In this document: piece after piece, positions 35,517-44,364 of the stretch
How positions within the stretch are numbered: the stretch's first letter is position 1
How the letters are laid out: every line of letters starts with the position of its first letter
Assembly: GCA_039798785.1 (NCBI GenBank)
Contig: JBDKFG010000033.1
Coordinates: forward strand, 1 to 48,384
Source: Verrucomicrobiota bacterium
Lineage (GTDB): Bacteria > Verrucomicrobiota > Lentisphaeria > Lentisphaerales > Lentisphaeraceae
Length of the DNA stretch: 48,384 nucleotides
Reading direction: 5' to 3'
Notes under the pieces: model-generated
Database searches by the model: none
What the model was told of the DNA's origin: nothing
The model's input: only the letters and a program-made list of their open reading frames with translations
Program-made: the position numbers and the translations under genes

Positions 35517-37145
35517 TCAGCCCGGCTTGCGGCGGACGCTGGTCTTCAGCTCGAGGCCGGCGCTTTTCATCTGCGAGGCGAGTGTGGTCGGCTTGAGGCC
35601 GAGGAGGGCGGCGGCGCCGTCGGGTCCGTAGATCCGTCCTTCGCACTGGTCGAGGGCGCGGCGGAGGTTGTCGGCGGCGAGCTTCTTCAGTTCGCGGGCG
35701 CTGAGGACGGCGGGCGGCGCGGCGGGGCTGGCCGGGGCCGGGGCGGCGGCTTCGTCGCCGAGCTGGAGGCGGAGGGGGCCCTTGCCGGCGGTGATCAGGG
35801 CCCGTTCGAGGACGTGCTGCAGCTCGCGGATGTTGCCCGGCCAGGAGTAGGCCTGGAGCTGGGCGGCGAGGGCGGGGGTGAGGGCGGGGACGGGGCGGCC
35901 GAGGCGGCGGGCCTGGAGGCGGAGGAAGTGCTCGGCGAGGAGCGGCAGGTCGTCGCGCCGTTCGCGCAGCGGCGGCAGCTGCAGCGGGAAGACGCCGAGG
36001 CGGTAGTAGAGGTCGCTGCGGAAGAGGCCGGCGGCGCTGGCCGCCTTGAGGTCGCGGTTGGTGGCGGCGATGATCCGCACGTCGACCTTGCGGGTGCGCT
36101 CGTCGCCGACCCGTTCCAGCTCGCCCTCCTGCAGCACCCGCAGCAGCTTGCTCTGCAGGTCGAGGGGGATCTCGCCGATCTCGTCGAGGAAGAGCGTGCC
36201 GCCGTCGGCGAGTTCGAAGCGGCCGACGCGGTCGCGCAGGGCGCCGGTGAAGCTGCCCTTGGCGTGGCCGAAGAACTCGCTGTCGAACAGCTCGCGCGGG
36301 ATGGCGGCGCAGTTGACCTTGATCAAGGGGCGTCCGGCGCGGCGGCTGCGCTGGTGGATCTCGCGGGCGGCGAGCTCCTTGCCGGTGCCGCTCTCGCCGA
36401 GGATCAGCACCGCGGCGTCGGTCGGCGCGACCAGCGAGATCTGCTGCGCCAGGCTCTGCAGCGGCGGGCTGCGGCCGACGATCGAGCCGAAGCTGCCCTC
36501 GTCGCGGATCTCCTCCTGCAGGTAGGCGTTCTCCAGCTCGAGGCGCCGCTTCAGCCCCTCGATCTCCTCCCAGGCGCGGACGTTGGCCAGCGCGGTGGCG
36601 GCGTGGTCGGCGATGATCTGCAGCCAGTCGCAGGCCTCCTGGTCGATCCGCTCGCGGCTGAACAGGCCGAGCACGCCGAGCACCTCGCCGCGGTAGAGCA
36701 GCGGCTTGCCGGAGAAGCTGCGCACCCCCTCCGCCGCGATCCACTCCGGCCGCGCCACCCATTCCGGCGCGCTCTCCAGATCGGCCAGGTTCAAGGCCTC
36801 GCCGCTCGCCGCGATGCGGCCGATCTTGCGGATGCCGATCGGGAAGCGGCGGAAATGGCCGTCGACGCCCTGCCAGCTCGCGCCGTCGCGTAGTGATCGC
36901 CCGCCGCTCGCCACCAGGTGCAGGCAGCGGCTCCGGTCGGGACACTCCGCCCGCATCGGACACTCGCCGCAGATGTCCCCCGGCGCGATCCGCCAGATCC
37001 TCGCCAGGGCCACCGCCGGCGAGCTCGCCAGACGCTCGACGACCAGGCGGAACAGCTCCTCGCCGCTGCGCTGCTGCGCCATCTCCAGCAGGAGCCGGCA
37101 GGGGTCGCCCAGCAAGCGACGGGTGATCGATTCTCCTCGGCTCAT
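35517..37145 (-). CDS. Sigma54-dependent enhancer-binding protein with GAF domain (FhlA/NorR-like architecture)
   Basis: [37 protein letters not shown]-terminal HTH; N-terminal GAF with a Cys cluster. Confidence 0.92.
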   Translation of the reverse strand: MSRGESITRRLLGDPCRLLLEMAQQRSGEELFRLVVERLASSPAVALARIWRIAPGDICGECPMRAECPDRSRCLHLVASGGRSLRDGASWQGVDGHFRRFPIGIRKIGRIAASGEALNLADLESAPEWVARPEWIAAEGVRSFSGKPLLYRGEVLGVLGLFSRERIDQEACDWLQIIADHAATALANVRAWEEIEGLKRRLELENAYLQEEIRDEGSFGSIVGRSPPLQSLAQQISLVAPTDAAVLILGESGTGKELAAREIHQRSRRAGRPLIKVNCAAIPRELFDSEFFGHAKGSFTGALRDRVGRFELADGGTLFLDEIGEIPLDLQSKLLRVLQEGELERVGDERTRKVDVRIIAATNRDLKAASAAGLFRSDLYYRLGVFPLQLPPLRERRDDLPLLAEHFLRLQARRLGRPVPALTPALAAQLQAYSWPGNIRELQHVLERALITAGKGPLRLQLGDEAAAPAPASPAAPPAVLSARELKKLAADNLRRALDQCEGRIYGPDGAAALLGLKPTTLASQMKSAGLELKTSVRRKPG

Positions 37146-37163
37146 GCCACGCTCTCCTCATTG

Positions 37164-37212
37164 CAACGAAAAATCGTTGGGAACCCCGGGGCGTCAACAC
37201 GAAAAATCGTTT
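37164..37212. promoter_or_regulatory. Tandem palindromic upstream activator sites
   Basis: CAACGA-AAAA-TCGTTG (37164-37179) and ACGA-AAAA-TCGT (37199-37210) between the activator and the divergent operon. Confidence 0.65.
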
Positions 37213-37308
37213 TTTAGCGATTTTTCACGCTTGAAATTCCCCCGAAAATGATCAAGAAATATTTTTTTATCATTGATTTACAGCAACTTGTGGTTTCACC
37301 TGAAAAGC

Positions 37309-37324
37309 TGGCGAGGAAGATGAT
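37309..37324 (+). promoter_or_regulatory. Possible non-canonical sigma54 promoter
   Basis: TGGCGA-GGAAG-ATGAT: GG at -24 but GA instead of GC at -12; follows an AT-rich IHF-like tract. Confidence 0.4.
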
Positions 37325-37388
37325 AAAGAGACATTCATCAAGCCCGATGCTTGAGAGAGAAAGAGAAAAAAACCCAAGGAGAGAGACC

Positions 37389-37928
37389 ATGAGCCGCGTC
37401 CAACTGATCGAACGTGAAACCGCCCGGGGCGAGACCCGCGAACTGCTCGACATCGTCCACGGCGCCTTCGGTGGCGTGCCCAACGTCGCCAAGGTGCTGG
37501 CCAACTCGCCGGCGGCGCTGAAGGGCTTCCTGCAACTGAGCGGCGCCCTCGGCGAAGGCCTACTCGGCGTGCAGCTGCAGGACAAGATCAAGCTGGTGAC
37601 CAGCGAGAGCAACAGCTGCGACTACTGCAAGGCGGCGCTCTGCGCCATCGGCAGCAGCCACGGCCTCAGCGCCGCCGACCTGCTCGGCGCCCGCAAGGCC
37701 GAGGCGGCCGACCCCAAGGCCGAGGCGGCGCTGAAGCTCGCCAAGCAGCTGGTCGAGGACAAGGGACACGTCCCCGCCGCCGCGATCCAGGCCGCCAAGG
37801 CCGCCGGGCTGAGCGACGGCGAGATCGTCGAGACCATCGCCACCGTCGTCCTCGGTTTCTACACCAACTACCTCAACAACGCCCTCAAGCCCGAGGTCGA
37901 CTTCGCCGCCGCCCCCGCCCTCGACTGA
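37389..37928 (+). CDS. Carboxymuconolactone decarboxylase / AhpD-like peroxidase-related protein
   Basis: VPN...[36 protein letters not shown]. Confidence 0.88.
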   Translation: MSRVQLIERETARGETRELLDIVHGAFGGVPNVAKVLANSPAALKGFLQLSGALGEGLLGVQLQDKIKLVTSESNSCDYCKAALCAIGSSHGLSAADLLGARKAEAADPKAEAALKLAKQLVEDKGHVPAAAIQAAKAAGLSDGEIVETIATVVLGFYTNYLNNALKPEVDFAAAPALD

Positions 37929-38016
37929 CGATCCGCGACTCCGGCCGCGCCCCTGGGGTTCGGCCGGAGCCCGTCCTTCTCACCACCCCGCAACCCCGCA
38001 ACCCGGTTCCCATCTC

Positions 38017-38475
38017 ATGAAACTCCTTCCCCCCTTCACCCGCGACAGCGCCCTGGCCAAGGTGCGCGCCGCCGAGGACGCCTGGAACTCGCGCGATCCC
38101 GAGCGCGTCGCCCTCGCCTACTCCGAGGACAGCCAGTGGCGCAACCGCGACGTCTTTCTACAGGGACGCGACGAGATCCGCCGCTTCCTCGCCGGCAAAT
38201 GGCGGCGCGAGCTCGACTACCGCCTCTGCAAGAGCCTGTGGACCTTCGACGAGACCCGCCTCGCGATCCGCTTCCAATACGAATACCACGACCAGGACGG
38301 GCGCTGGTTCCGCGCCTACGGCAACGAGCTGTGGCAGTTCGATGCCGCGGGGCTGATGCGGCGTCGCGAGGCGAGCATCAACGAGCTGCCGATCGCCGCC
38401 GCCGAGCGCCGCTTCCTCTGGGCCGCAGCGGGGCCGCGTCCCGCCGATGATCCCGGCATCGACGAGATCAAGTGA
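38017..38475 (+). CDS. DUF1348 / NTF2-like family protein
   Basis: [45 protein letters not shown]. Confidence 0.9.
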   Translation: MKLLPPFTRDSALAKVRAAEDAWNSRDPERVALAYSEDSQWRNRDVFLQGRDEIRRFLAGKWRRELDYRLCKSLWTFDETRLAIRFQYEYHDQDGRWFRAYGNELWQFDAAGLMRRREASINELPIAAAERRFLWAAAGPRPADDPGIDEIK

Positions 38476-38517
38476 AGAACCGGCGTACACTTTGACAACG
38501 AACCGAGGAGCCTTCCC

Positions 38518-39132
38518 ATGCGCCAGTATCCCAGCGACATCGCCTTCACGCCGTCGGTCAAGGCGATCCAGAGCGAGAAGGGTTCCCGCTCCGCCTACGC
38601 CAAGGTCGAGGAGCGCGGCTGGCAGACGGCGGTGAGCGCCGAGCTGATCCAGTTCATCGCCGAGCTCGACATGTTCTATCTCGGCAGCAGCAACGCCGAG
38701 GGGCAGCCCTACATCCAGTATCGCGGCGGGCCGAAGGGCTTCCTGCGGGCGGTCGATGAGCACACCCTCGGTTTCGCCGATTTCGGCGGCAACCGCCAGT
38801 ACATCAGCCTCGGCAACTTCGCCGAGAATCCCAAGGCCTTCATCTTCCTGATGGACTATTCCCGCAGCCGGCGGATCAAGGTGTGGGGGCGGGTCGAGGT
38901 GGTGGAGGGCGACGCCGAGCTCAACGCCAGGCTGGCCGACGCGGAGTATCCCGGCCGGGTCGAGCGGGCGATCCTCTTCCGTGTCGAGGCCTGGGACGTC
39001 AACTGTCCGCAGCACATCCACAAGCGATTCTCGCAGGCCCAGGTGGCGCCGGTGATCGAGGATCTGCAGCGGCGCATCGCCGAGCTCGAGGCCGAAGTCG
39101 CGGCCTTGCGGAGCCGGCACTCGGGCAGCTGA
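38518..39132 (+). CDS. Pyridoxamine 5'-phosphate oxidase-like FMN-binding protein
   Basis: PYIQYRGGPKGFL, FADFGGNRQYISLGN, FLMDY, DVNCPQHI. Confidence 0.88.
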   Translation: MRQYPSDIAFTPSVKAIQSEKGSRSAYAKVEERGWQTAVSAELIQFIAELDMFYLGSSNAEGQPYIQYRGGPKGFLRAVDEHTLGFADFGGNRQYISLGNFAENPKAFIFLMDYSRSRRIKVWGRVEVVEGDAELNARLADAEYPGRVERAILFRVEAWDVNCPQHIHKRFSQAQVAPVIEDLQRRIAELEAEVAALRSRHSGS

Positions 39133-39260
39133 ACCTAAAAACCGCAGTTGAAAGGTTGGAAGGCTCAAAGGTTGATAGGATCAGCAACAACAGCCAGAGG
39201 TTATGGTGTTCGAGGGCGCTCGGCAACTCCTCCGGCTGGCAGCCGGTTCCATTCCACTGC

Positions 39261-39626
39261 TCAGGACTTGCTCGTATCGCCAGCCTTGGCCTTCTCCTCC
39301 TGCTTCTTCTTCTCTTCCTGCTTCTTCTTCTTGGCCGCTTTCTCTTTCTTCTTGTCCATGCCGGTGATGCGATCGTCGAGCTCGGTCTTGGCGGCGCTGT
39401 ATTCCGCTTTCGACAGACTGCCGTCGCCGTCAGTATCGAAGGACTTGAGATCGGCATGGCCGATGAATTCCTTGGCGCTCAACTGACCGTCGCGATCCTT
39501 GTCGGAGTCCTTCAGGATTTCCAGAATGCCCTTGGCACGTTCCACCACCGCTTTGCGATCCTCCTTGGCGAAGGCGCTGCTGTTCAGTGCGAGGATCAAG
39601 CCGGCGGCGAGAAGGGCTTTTTGCAT
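39261..39626 (-). CDS. Secreted EF-hand protein
   Basis: Signal peptide; two EF loops DKDRDGQLSAKE and DTDGDGSLSKAE; Lys-rich tail. Confidence 0.8.
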   Translation of the reverse strand: MQKALLAAGLILALNSSAFAKEDRKAVVERAKGILEILKDSDKDRDGQLSAKEFIGHADLKSFDTDGDGSLSKAEYSAAKTELDDRITGMDKKKEKAAKKKKQEEKKKQEEKAKAGDTSKS

Positions 39627-39769
39627 GGAGATCTCCTGGAATTTTTTTTTGGGGGTGAGGGCTCGCCCCGACAACGCTGCCGAGACTAGGCTTATTTTTC
39701 CCGAGCAGGAAAATCGCCTTTAGCCACGCGTATCCAAGACAATCATTTTTGATCTTCGCTCCTGCTGCT

Positions 39770-39820
39770 CGACCCCTTGTGGGTCGCACATGGTAGCCCA
39801 GGGTCGCCTCGACCCTGGGT
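39770..39820 (+). repeat. Single REP-like unit (CGACCC hairpin, GTAGCC, CAGGGTCGCCTCGACCCTG)
   Basis: Same two-hairpin layout as the other elements. Confidence 0.7.
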
Positions 39821-39964
39821 ATGAGGCATCTTGAATACGCGAGGCCTTTAGCTATCCCGGCGGAGCCGGAACCAAATTCACCGCAGAGGCACAGAGGACA
39901 CAGAGATAAGTTTTTCGGCAAGCGTTTCAGCACAATTGCGACATTTGTTCGCACAAACACCGTC

Positions 39965-41365
39965 TCAGCGGAAGGCGTGGATGCCGCCGAGCTCGGTGCT
40001 GGCGATCAGGACGCCGTCGATCATCGCCAGGCCCAGGACGCGCCCGGGCACCGGGAGGCGCTGGACTTCCTTGCCGCTCGCCGCGTCGTAGGCGACGACG
40101 CAGCCGTCGGCGGCGAGGAAGACGCGCTCGGCGGCTTTCAGCAGAGCGGCGGCGCGGGGGGCGGGAACGCTCCAGCGGAAGGTCTGCTCGAGATCCTTGC
40201 GCAGCGCCGAGATGCGGACGCGGAGCTCCTTCTCGCCGGGATCCTTGGCCTTCTTCAGCTTCGCAGCTTCGTCTTCGGCGCTGCGCAGCTGCGCCTGGAT
40301 GGCGAGGTGGCGGCCGCGGTCGAAAAGCTTGAGCTGGTCGCCGGCCTGCACCCAGACCAGATCCTTCTCCGAGACCAGGCGGGTGGCCCCCCCGAGCGAG
40401 AAGAGCTCCTGCTGCGATTCGGGGTCGGTGGCGACGACCTGCGATCCCCCCATCTCCTTGCGGGGGCCGGAGAAGAGTGAGCCGCCTTCGTCGACGAGGA
40501 TCCAGGTGGAGCCGGACTGATCGAGATCGCCGAGGAACTTGCCGTCGCCGAGGGCGAAGCTCAGGGCCGGGGCGCGGCCTTGCGGCACGATGACGCGTCC
40601 GCCGCTGAGCAGCAGCGGCCCCTCGAGGGTGCGGCCCTCCTGGCGGGTCTGGTAGATCTCCTTGCCGTCGCTCGCCTGCCAGCAGCAGAAACGGCTGGGC
40701 TCCCAGGGGACGAGGGAGGCGGCGAAATAGAGCCTGCCGTCCTTCTCAAGCACGCCGGTGCGCACCGGCGCGAGGCTGACCAGACGGCCGTTGCTGGGGA
40801 TGATGCGGGCCTGGGGATCTGCCTGGCGGGACCAGATCAGCTTGCCGGCGGTGTCCAGGCAGGTCACCGCTCCGGAGTCGTCGCCGAAATAGAGGCGGTC
40901 GCCGCGGACGCTGGGCGGCAGGCGCACCGGGGCGCTGGCCGCATGAGCCCACAGCGGCTTGCCGCTGGCGAGATCGAGGCAGCGGACGCTGTTGTCGCCA
41001 TTAGACCCGAAGTAGACCTTGCCGGCGGCGCCGGAGACGAGCAGGCTGGCATCGAAATCGCGCAGGGCGGGCAGGTCGCGGACCTCCTGGTAGGCGTCCC
41101 ATTTCGCCGGGGCGCTCCAGGCCGGGTTGAGGGGGACGGGCGACTGCCAGGCCCAGAGCTCCTTGAGCTGCTTCGCCGGCTGATCGGGGCTGACCATGCT
41201 GCGGCGTTCATTGCCGTGGGCATCGGGCCAATCCGCGGCGGCGGCATCGAGGCCCAAGACCAAGGCGAGAGCCGTGACGGCGCTTTTGAATTTTGAATCT
41301 GGAATCTTGAACCTGGAGATCATGATCGTCTTCTTGAATTTTGAATTTTGAATCTGGAATTTCAT
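39965..41365 (-). CDS. PQQ-binding-like beta-propeller (BamB-like repeat) exported protein
   Basis: ADWP after a signal peptide; VYFGSN...CLDLASGKPLW, LYFGDD..GAVTCLD..GKLIW; start may be 41368, 41365 or 41323. Confidence 0.8.
   Translation of the reverse strand: MKFQIQNSKFKKTIMISRFKIPDSKFKSAVTALALVLGLDAAAADWPDAHGNERRSMVSPDQPAKQLKELWAWQSPVPLNPAWSAPAKWDAYQEVRDLPALRDFDASLLVSGAAGKVYFGSNGDNSVRCLDLASGKPLWAHAASAPVRLPPSVRGDRLYFGDDSGAVTCLDTAGKLIWSRQADPQARIIPSNGRLVSLAPVRTGVLEKDGRLYFAASLVPWEPSRFCCWQASDGKEIYQTRQEGRTLEGPLLLSGGRVIVPQGRAPALSFALGDGKFLGDLDQSGSTWILVDEGGSLFSGPRKEMGGSQVVATDPESQQELFSLGGATRLVSEKDLVWVQAGDQLKLFDRGRHLAIQAQLRSAEDEAAKLKKAKDPGEKELRVRISALRKDLEQTFRWSVPAPRAAALLKAAERVFLAADGCVVAYDAASGKEVQRLPVPGRVLGLAMIDGVLIASTELGGIHAFR
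41284..41365. repeat. Degenerate heptamer array (TTTTGAA/TCTGGAA/TCTTGAA) within the N-terminal coding region
   Basis: About 10 units at 7-nt period in two blocks. Confidence 0.8.
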
Positions 41366-41368
41366 CAC

Positions 41369-44005
41369 TCATTTCTCCCAGGGGCTGAAGCCGACGGAGG
41401 TTTCGAGCCAGCCGCCGCAGGAGCAGCCGCCGCCGCCTTCGGGGCAGAGGAGGAAGCCTTCCGCGGGGATCATCGACAGCCAGCAGGAGGGCCGCAGGCG
41501 GGTGAAGGTGCTGGTCTCCCTCTTGTCGAGCGAGAAGAGGCTGATCTGCCGGCTGGTGCCGCGGAAGATCAGGCAATTGCCGGCCGCCAGGTAGTTGTGG
41601 CAGCCTTCGCGCTTGCCGATGCCCTTCCAGGCGACCTGGCCGTCGCTCAGTTCGTAGGCCATGGGCTCCAGGAAGACCCTGTTGCGGTGCAGCACCGGGT
41701 GCAGAATGTGGCCGGAGTGAGCCGCTTCCGACCAGCCGTGCGACTGCGTCCAGAGGGCCTTGCCGTTGCGCGGGTCGAGCCTTTGCAGATGGTGCTTGCG
41801 ATCGGCTGACGAGGAGCCGACGACGAGGATCTCGCCGCCGGGGCCGACGAGGAGGTAGCTGGAGAGGTCGACTTGCGGTGAGGCGGGGATCTTGTGGCAG
41901 AAGAGCTCTTTTCCGGTGAGCGGATCAAGGCAGAGGAGCTGCAGGCGGCTCCAGACGTTTTTCAGCAACAGGCGATGGGGCGGCAGCTCCTTGGCGGAAT
42001 TCGCGATCGCCAGGGCGTAGAGCTTGCCCCCCTGGACGCAGATCGAGGGATGCAGCACCAGTCCGGGGCGGCTCCACAGGACCTTGCCGCCGCGGCTGGC
42101 GAAGAGCAGCTTGCCGGCCACCTGGCCCATGCTTTCATCCTTGATCGAGTCGTACCATTGCGCTCCGCCCCACCAACTGTGGTAGGGCGCGTCCTTGTCC
42201 ACCGCGGTGCCGAGGACGAGATCCTGATGCAGACCGACGAAGCCCCAGAGGTCGCCGGGGGCGGCGCCGGCCGGCAGCGGCTGGCTTTTGGCGATGCGGC
42301 CGGAGGAGGCTTCGATCTCGAGCAGCTTGCCTTCGTGGGCGACGGCGAGGCGCTGGCCGTCGCTGGCCCAGTTGGAGCAGTCGCGCGGGATGTTGAAGCG
42401 GTGCAGGCCGGGCAGTTCCCGGCTCCACAGGATGCTGCCGTTGGCGGCATCCAGGGCGACCATCCGCTCCTGGCCCTGGTGGAAGAGGCGGCCGCCGGCA
42501 GCCAGGGGCGCGGGCATGCGGGGATTGCGGTCGAGGCCGAAATTGCCGCCAGGCAGGCCGAGCCACTGAGTCTTGAGCGCAGCGGTGGAATCGACGCCGC
42601 CGAGGTTTTCGCCGTTGCTGGCGATGTTGGCGAGGCTGCCGTATTGGTGCGTCCAGGGTGCGGCACCGGGCAAGGGCTTGCGGCGCCAGAACTTGCCGGC
42701 GGCGGTGAAATCCTTGCCGGGACTGCCGGCGTCGAGACTGGCCAGCCCGCCGGGCTTGACCAGCTTGAGAAGCTCGACGCGCAGCTCGGCGCTGCAGGGA
42801 CCGCGCAGGATCAGGCCGTCGGCGAAAAGCTCGCTGATGCGGCCTGCAGAGCCCTCCTCGAGGACGCTGACGCGCGCGCCGAGGGCGCCTTTGGCGAGCA
42901 TTTCGGCGCGCAGCGCCGCGGCCTGGGCGGCGGAGGCGAGGACGAGGGCGTTGGCCTTGCCGCTGGCGATCTGGGCAAGGACCTCCTCCGCACCGAGCCC
43001 GCGCATCACCAGATAGCCGCTCTGCACCGGCAGGAGCGCGGCGGCTTTCGCCGCCGGCAGCGATGGACGCTGGAAGGCGGTGGCGGCATCGAAATTCCAG
43101 GGTCCGGCGAGCAGGGGCCGGCCCTCGGACGAGAGGGCCCGCAGCTCCAGGGAGAAGGGGCGGCCGGCGGGAATGGCGAAGCTGCCGTCGGCGGCGATCG
43201 CCAGGGTCTGCGGCGGCCGGCCTTGGCTGCGGAGGCTCAGCACCGGGCTCTTCAAGCCGCTGCAACGGTAATCGAGGCGGGCCCGTCCGGCGTCGAGGTA
43301 ACTGAGCGAAGGAGGGATCTCGAAGACGGGCTTCTGCGGCAGGCGGCCCAGGGCCTGGCGGGCCTCCGCAGCGACGGCGGCGGGGTCCAGGGCGGCGTTT
43401 TTCATCGACAGGGAGTGCAGCGTGCCTTTGACCGGGAAGTTCTCGTCCTTGTCGCGGAAGGCGCCGGCGACCAGCGGCGTCTCGGGATCGTAGGCGATGC
43501 GACCGCTGAGCTCGGCGCTGGCGGCTTCGGCGCCGTTGACGTAGAGACGGAGGCGGCTGCCGTCGTAGACCCCCTGCAGCACCACGGGCTGGCCTAGCGG
43601 CAGCGGTTGCGTCGACTTGGCGTAGACCAGCTCCTTGCCGGTGCTCACCGCAAAGCAGGCCTGGCCGCCGCGGCTGCCGAGAAAGAAGCCGCGCTCATAA
43701 GAGCCGTTGTCCTGGACGCAGCCAAGCAGGGCGCACCAATCGGGCGCCTCCTCGATGGTGGCGACGGCGCAGACGCTGAGGCTCCCGTCAGGCAGGAAGT
43801 CAATGCCCTTGCCGTCTAGCGTCAAGGCGTTGTCGCCGTCGATCCGCCAACCGAGCATGTCGAGCTGCGGCTTCTGGTCGAAGCTGCCCTTGAGGCCGCC
43901 GCCGCGCCAATCCCTGCCGGCGCAGTTGGCGGGGGCGAGCGGTATCTCCAGGGATTTCGGCGCTTCGGCCTGGGCGAAGGCGAGGAGCAGGGAGAGGAGA
44001 ATCAT
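41369..44005 (-). CDS. LamG-like jellyroll plus PQQ beta-propeller exported protein with C-terminal Cys motif
   Basis: Signal peptide; GVYDGSRLRLYVNG (LamG); WTHQYG; ALDAANGSILWSR; REGC...RPSCW...GGGCSC. Confidence 0.78.
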   Translation of the reverse strand: MILLSLLLAFAQAEAPKSLEIPLAPANCAGRDWRGGGLKGSFDQKPQLDMLGWRIDGDNALTLDGKGIDFLPDGSLSVCAVATIEEAPDWCALLGCVQDNGSYERGFFLGSRGGQACFAVSTGKELVYAKSTQPLPLGQPVVLQGVYDGSRLRLYVNGAEAASAELSGRIAYDPETPLVAGAFRDKDENFPVKGTLHSLSMKNAALDPAAVAAEARQALGRLPQKPVFEIPPSLSYLDAGRARLDYRCSGLKSPVLSLRSQGRPPQTLAIAADGSFAIPAGRPFSLELRALSSEGRPLLAGPWNFDAATAFQRPSLPAAKAAALLPVQSGYLVMRGLGAEEVLAQIASGKANALVLASAAQAAALRAEMLAKGALGARVSVLEEGSAGRISELFADGLILRGPCSAELRVELLKLVKPGGLASLDAGSPGKDFTAAGKFWRRKPLPGAAPWTHQYGSLANIASNGENLGGVDSTAALKTQWLGLPGGNFGLDRNPRMPAPLAAGGRLFHQGQERMVALDAANGSILWSRELPGLHRFNIPRDCSNWASDGQRLAVAHEGKLLEIEASSGRIAKSQPLPAGAAPGDLWGFVGLHQDLVLGTAVDKDAPYHSWWGGAQWYDSIKDESMGQVAGKLLFASRGGKVLWSRPGLVLHPSICVQGGKLYALAIANSAKELPPHRLLLKNVWSRLQLLCLDPLTGKELFCHKIPASPQVDLSSYLLVGPGGEILVVGSSSADRKHHLQRLDPRNGKALWTQSHGWSEAAHSGHILHPVLHRNRVFLEPMAYELSDGQVAWKGIGKREGCHNYLAAGNCLIFRGTSRQISLFSLDKRETSTFTRLRPSCWLSMIPAEGFLLCPEGGGGCSCGGWLETSVGFSPWEK

Positions 44006-44213
44006 GGAGGCCTCTTCGGTTGGAATGCAAATCTAGACGAAAACGCCGCAAAGTGACCGCCGTGCCTCAAGAAAGTTCCGGACGGGAACTTATCGATGAT
44101 AAGCAACGATTATATTATAAAGCATGCAACTGGGCGATATTTTAACCTGATGGGGGTATTGAATATTTTGGCTAAATATATAGACTCGCAGGCTCTTGAG
44201 AGTCAAGAGTTCT

Positions 44214-44306
44214 GTTTGCAGCTCCGGCTTCAGCTGACCGTTGAGCTCAAAATCTGGCAGATGCAGAACAAGCCGGCTAAAGCCGGTGCTACAAACTTGA
44301 GCTCAA
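44214..44306. repeat. Inverted GTAG-type REP pair plus two TTGAGCTCAA palindromes
   Basis: 44272-44296 reverse complement is GTTTGTAGCACCGGCTTTAGCCGGC; degenerate partner at 44214-44238; TTGAGCTCAA at 44241 and 44297. Confidence 0.6.
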
Positions 44307-44364
44307 CACGACGAACTCGTGACTCTCGAGTAGGCTGAGTAATTTAAAAACAACAAGGATTCAT

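Noticed and set aside
37275..37283. Minus-strand CTGTAAATC resembling the ECF -35 motif
   Set aside because: No GTYTGG at 17-nt spacing; better explained as part of the AT-rich IHF-like tract
44096..44338. 80-aa ORF upstream of the LRR gene
   Set aside because: Overlaps AT-rich promoter-like DNA and the REP pair; no motif or clear RBS
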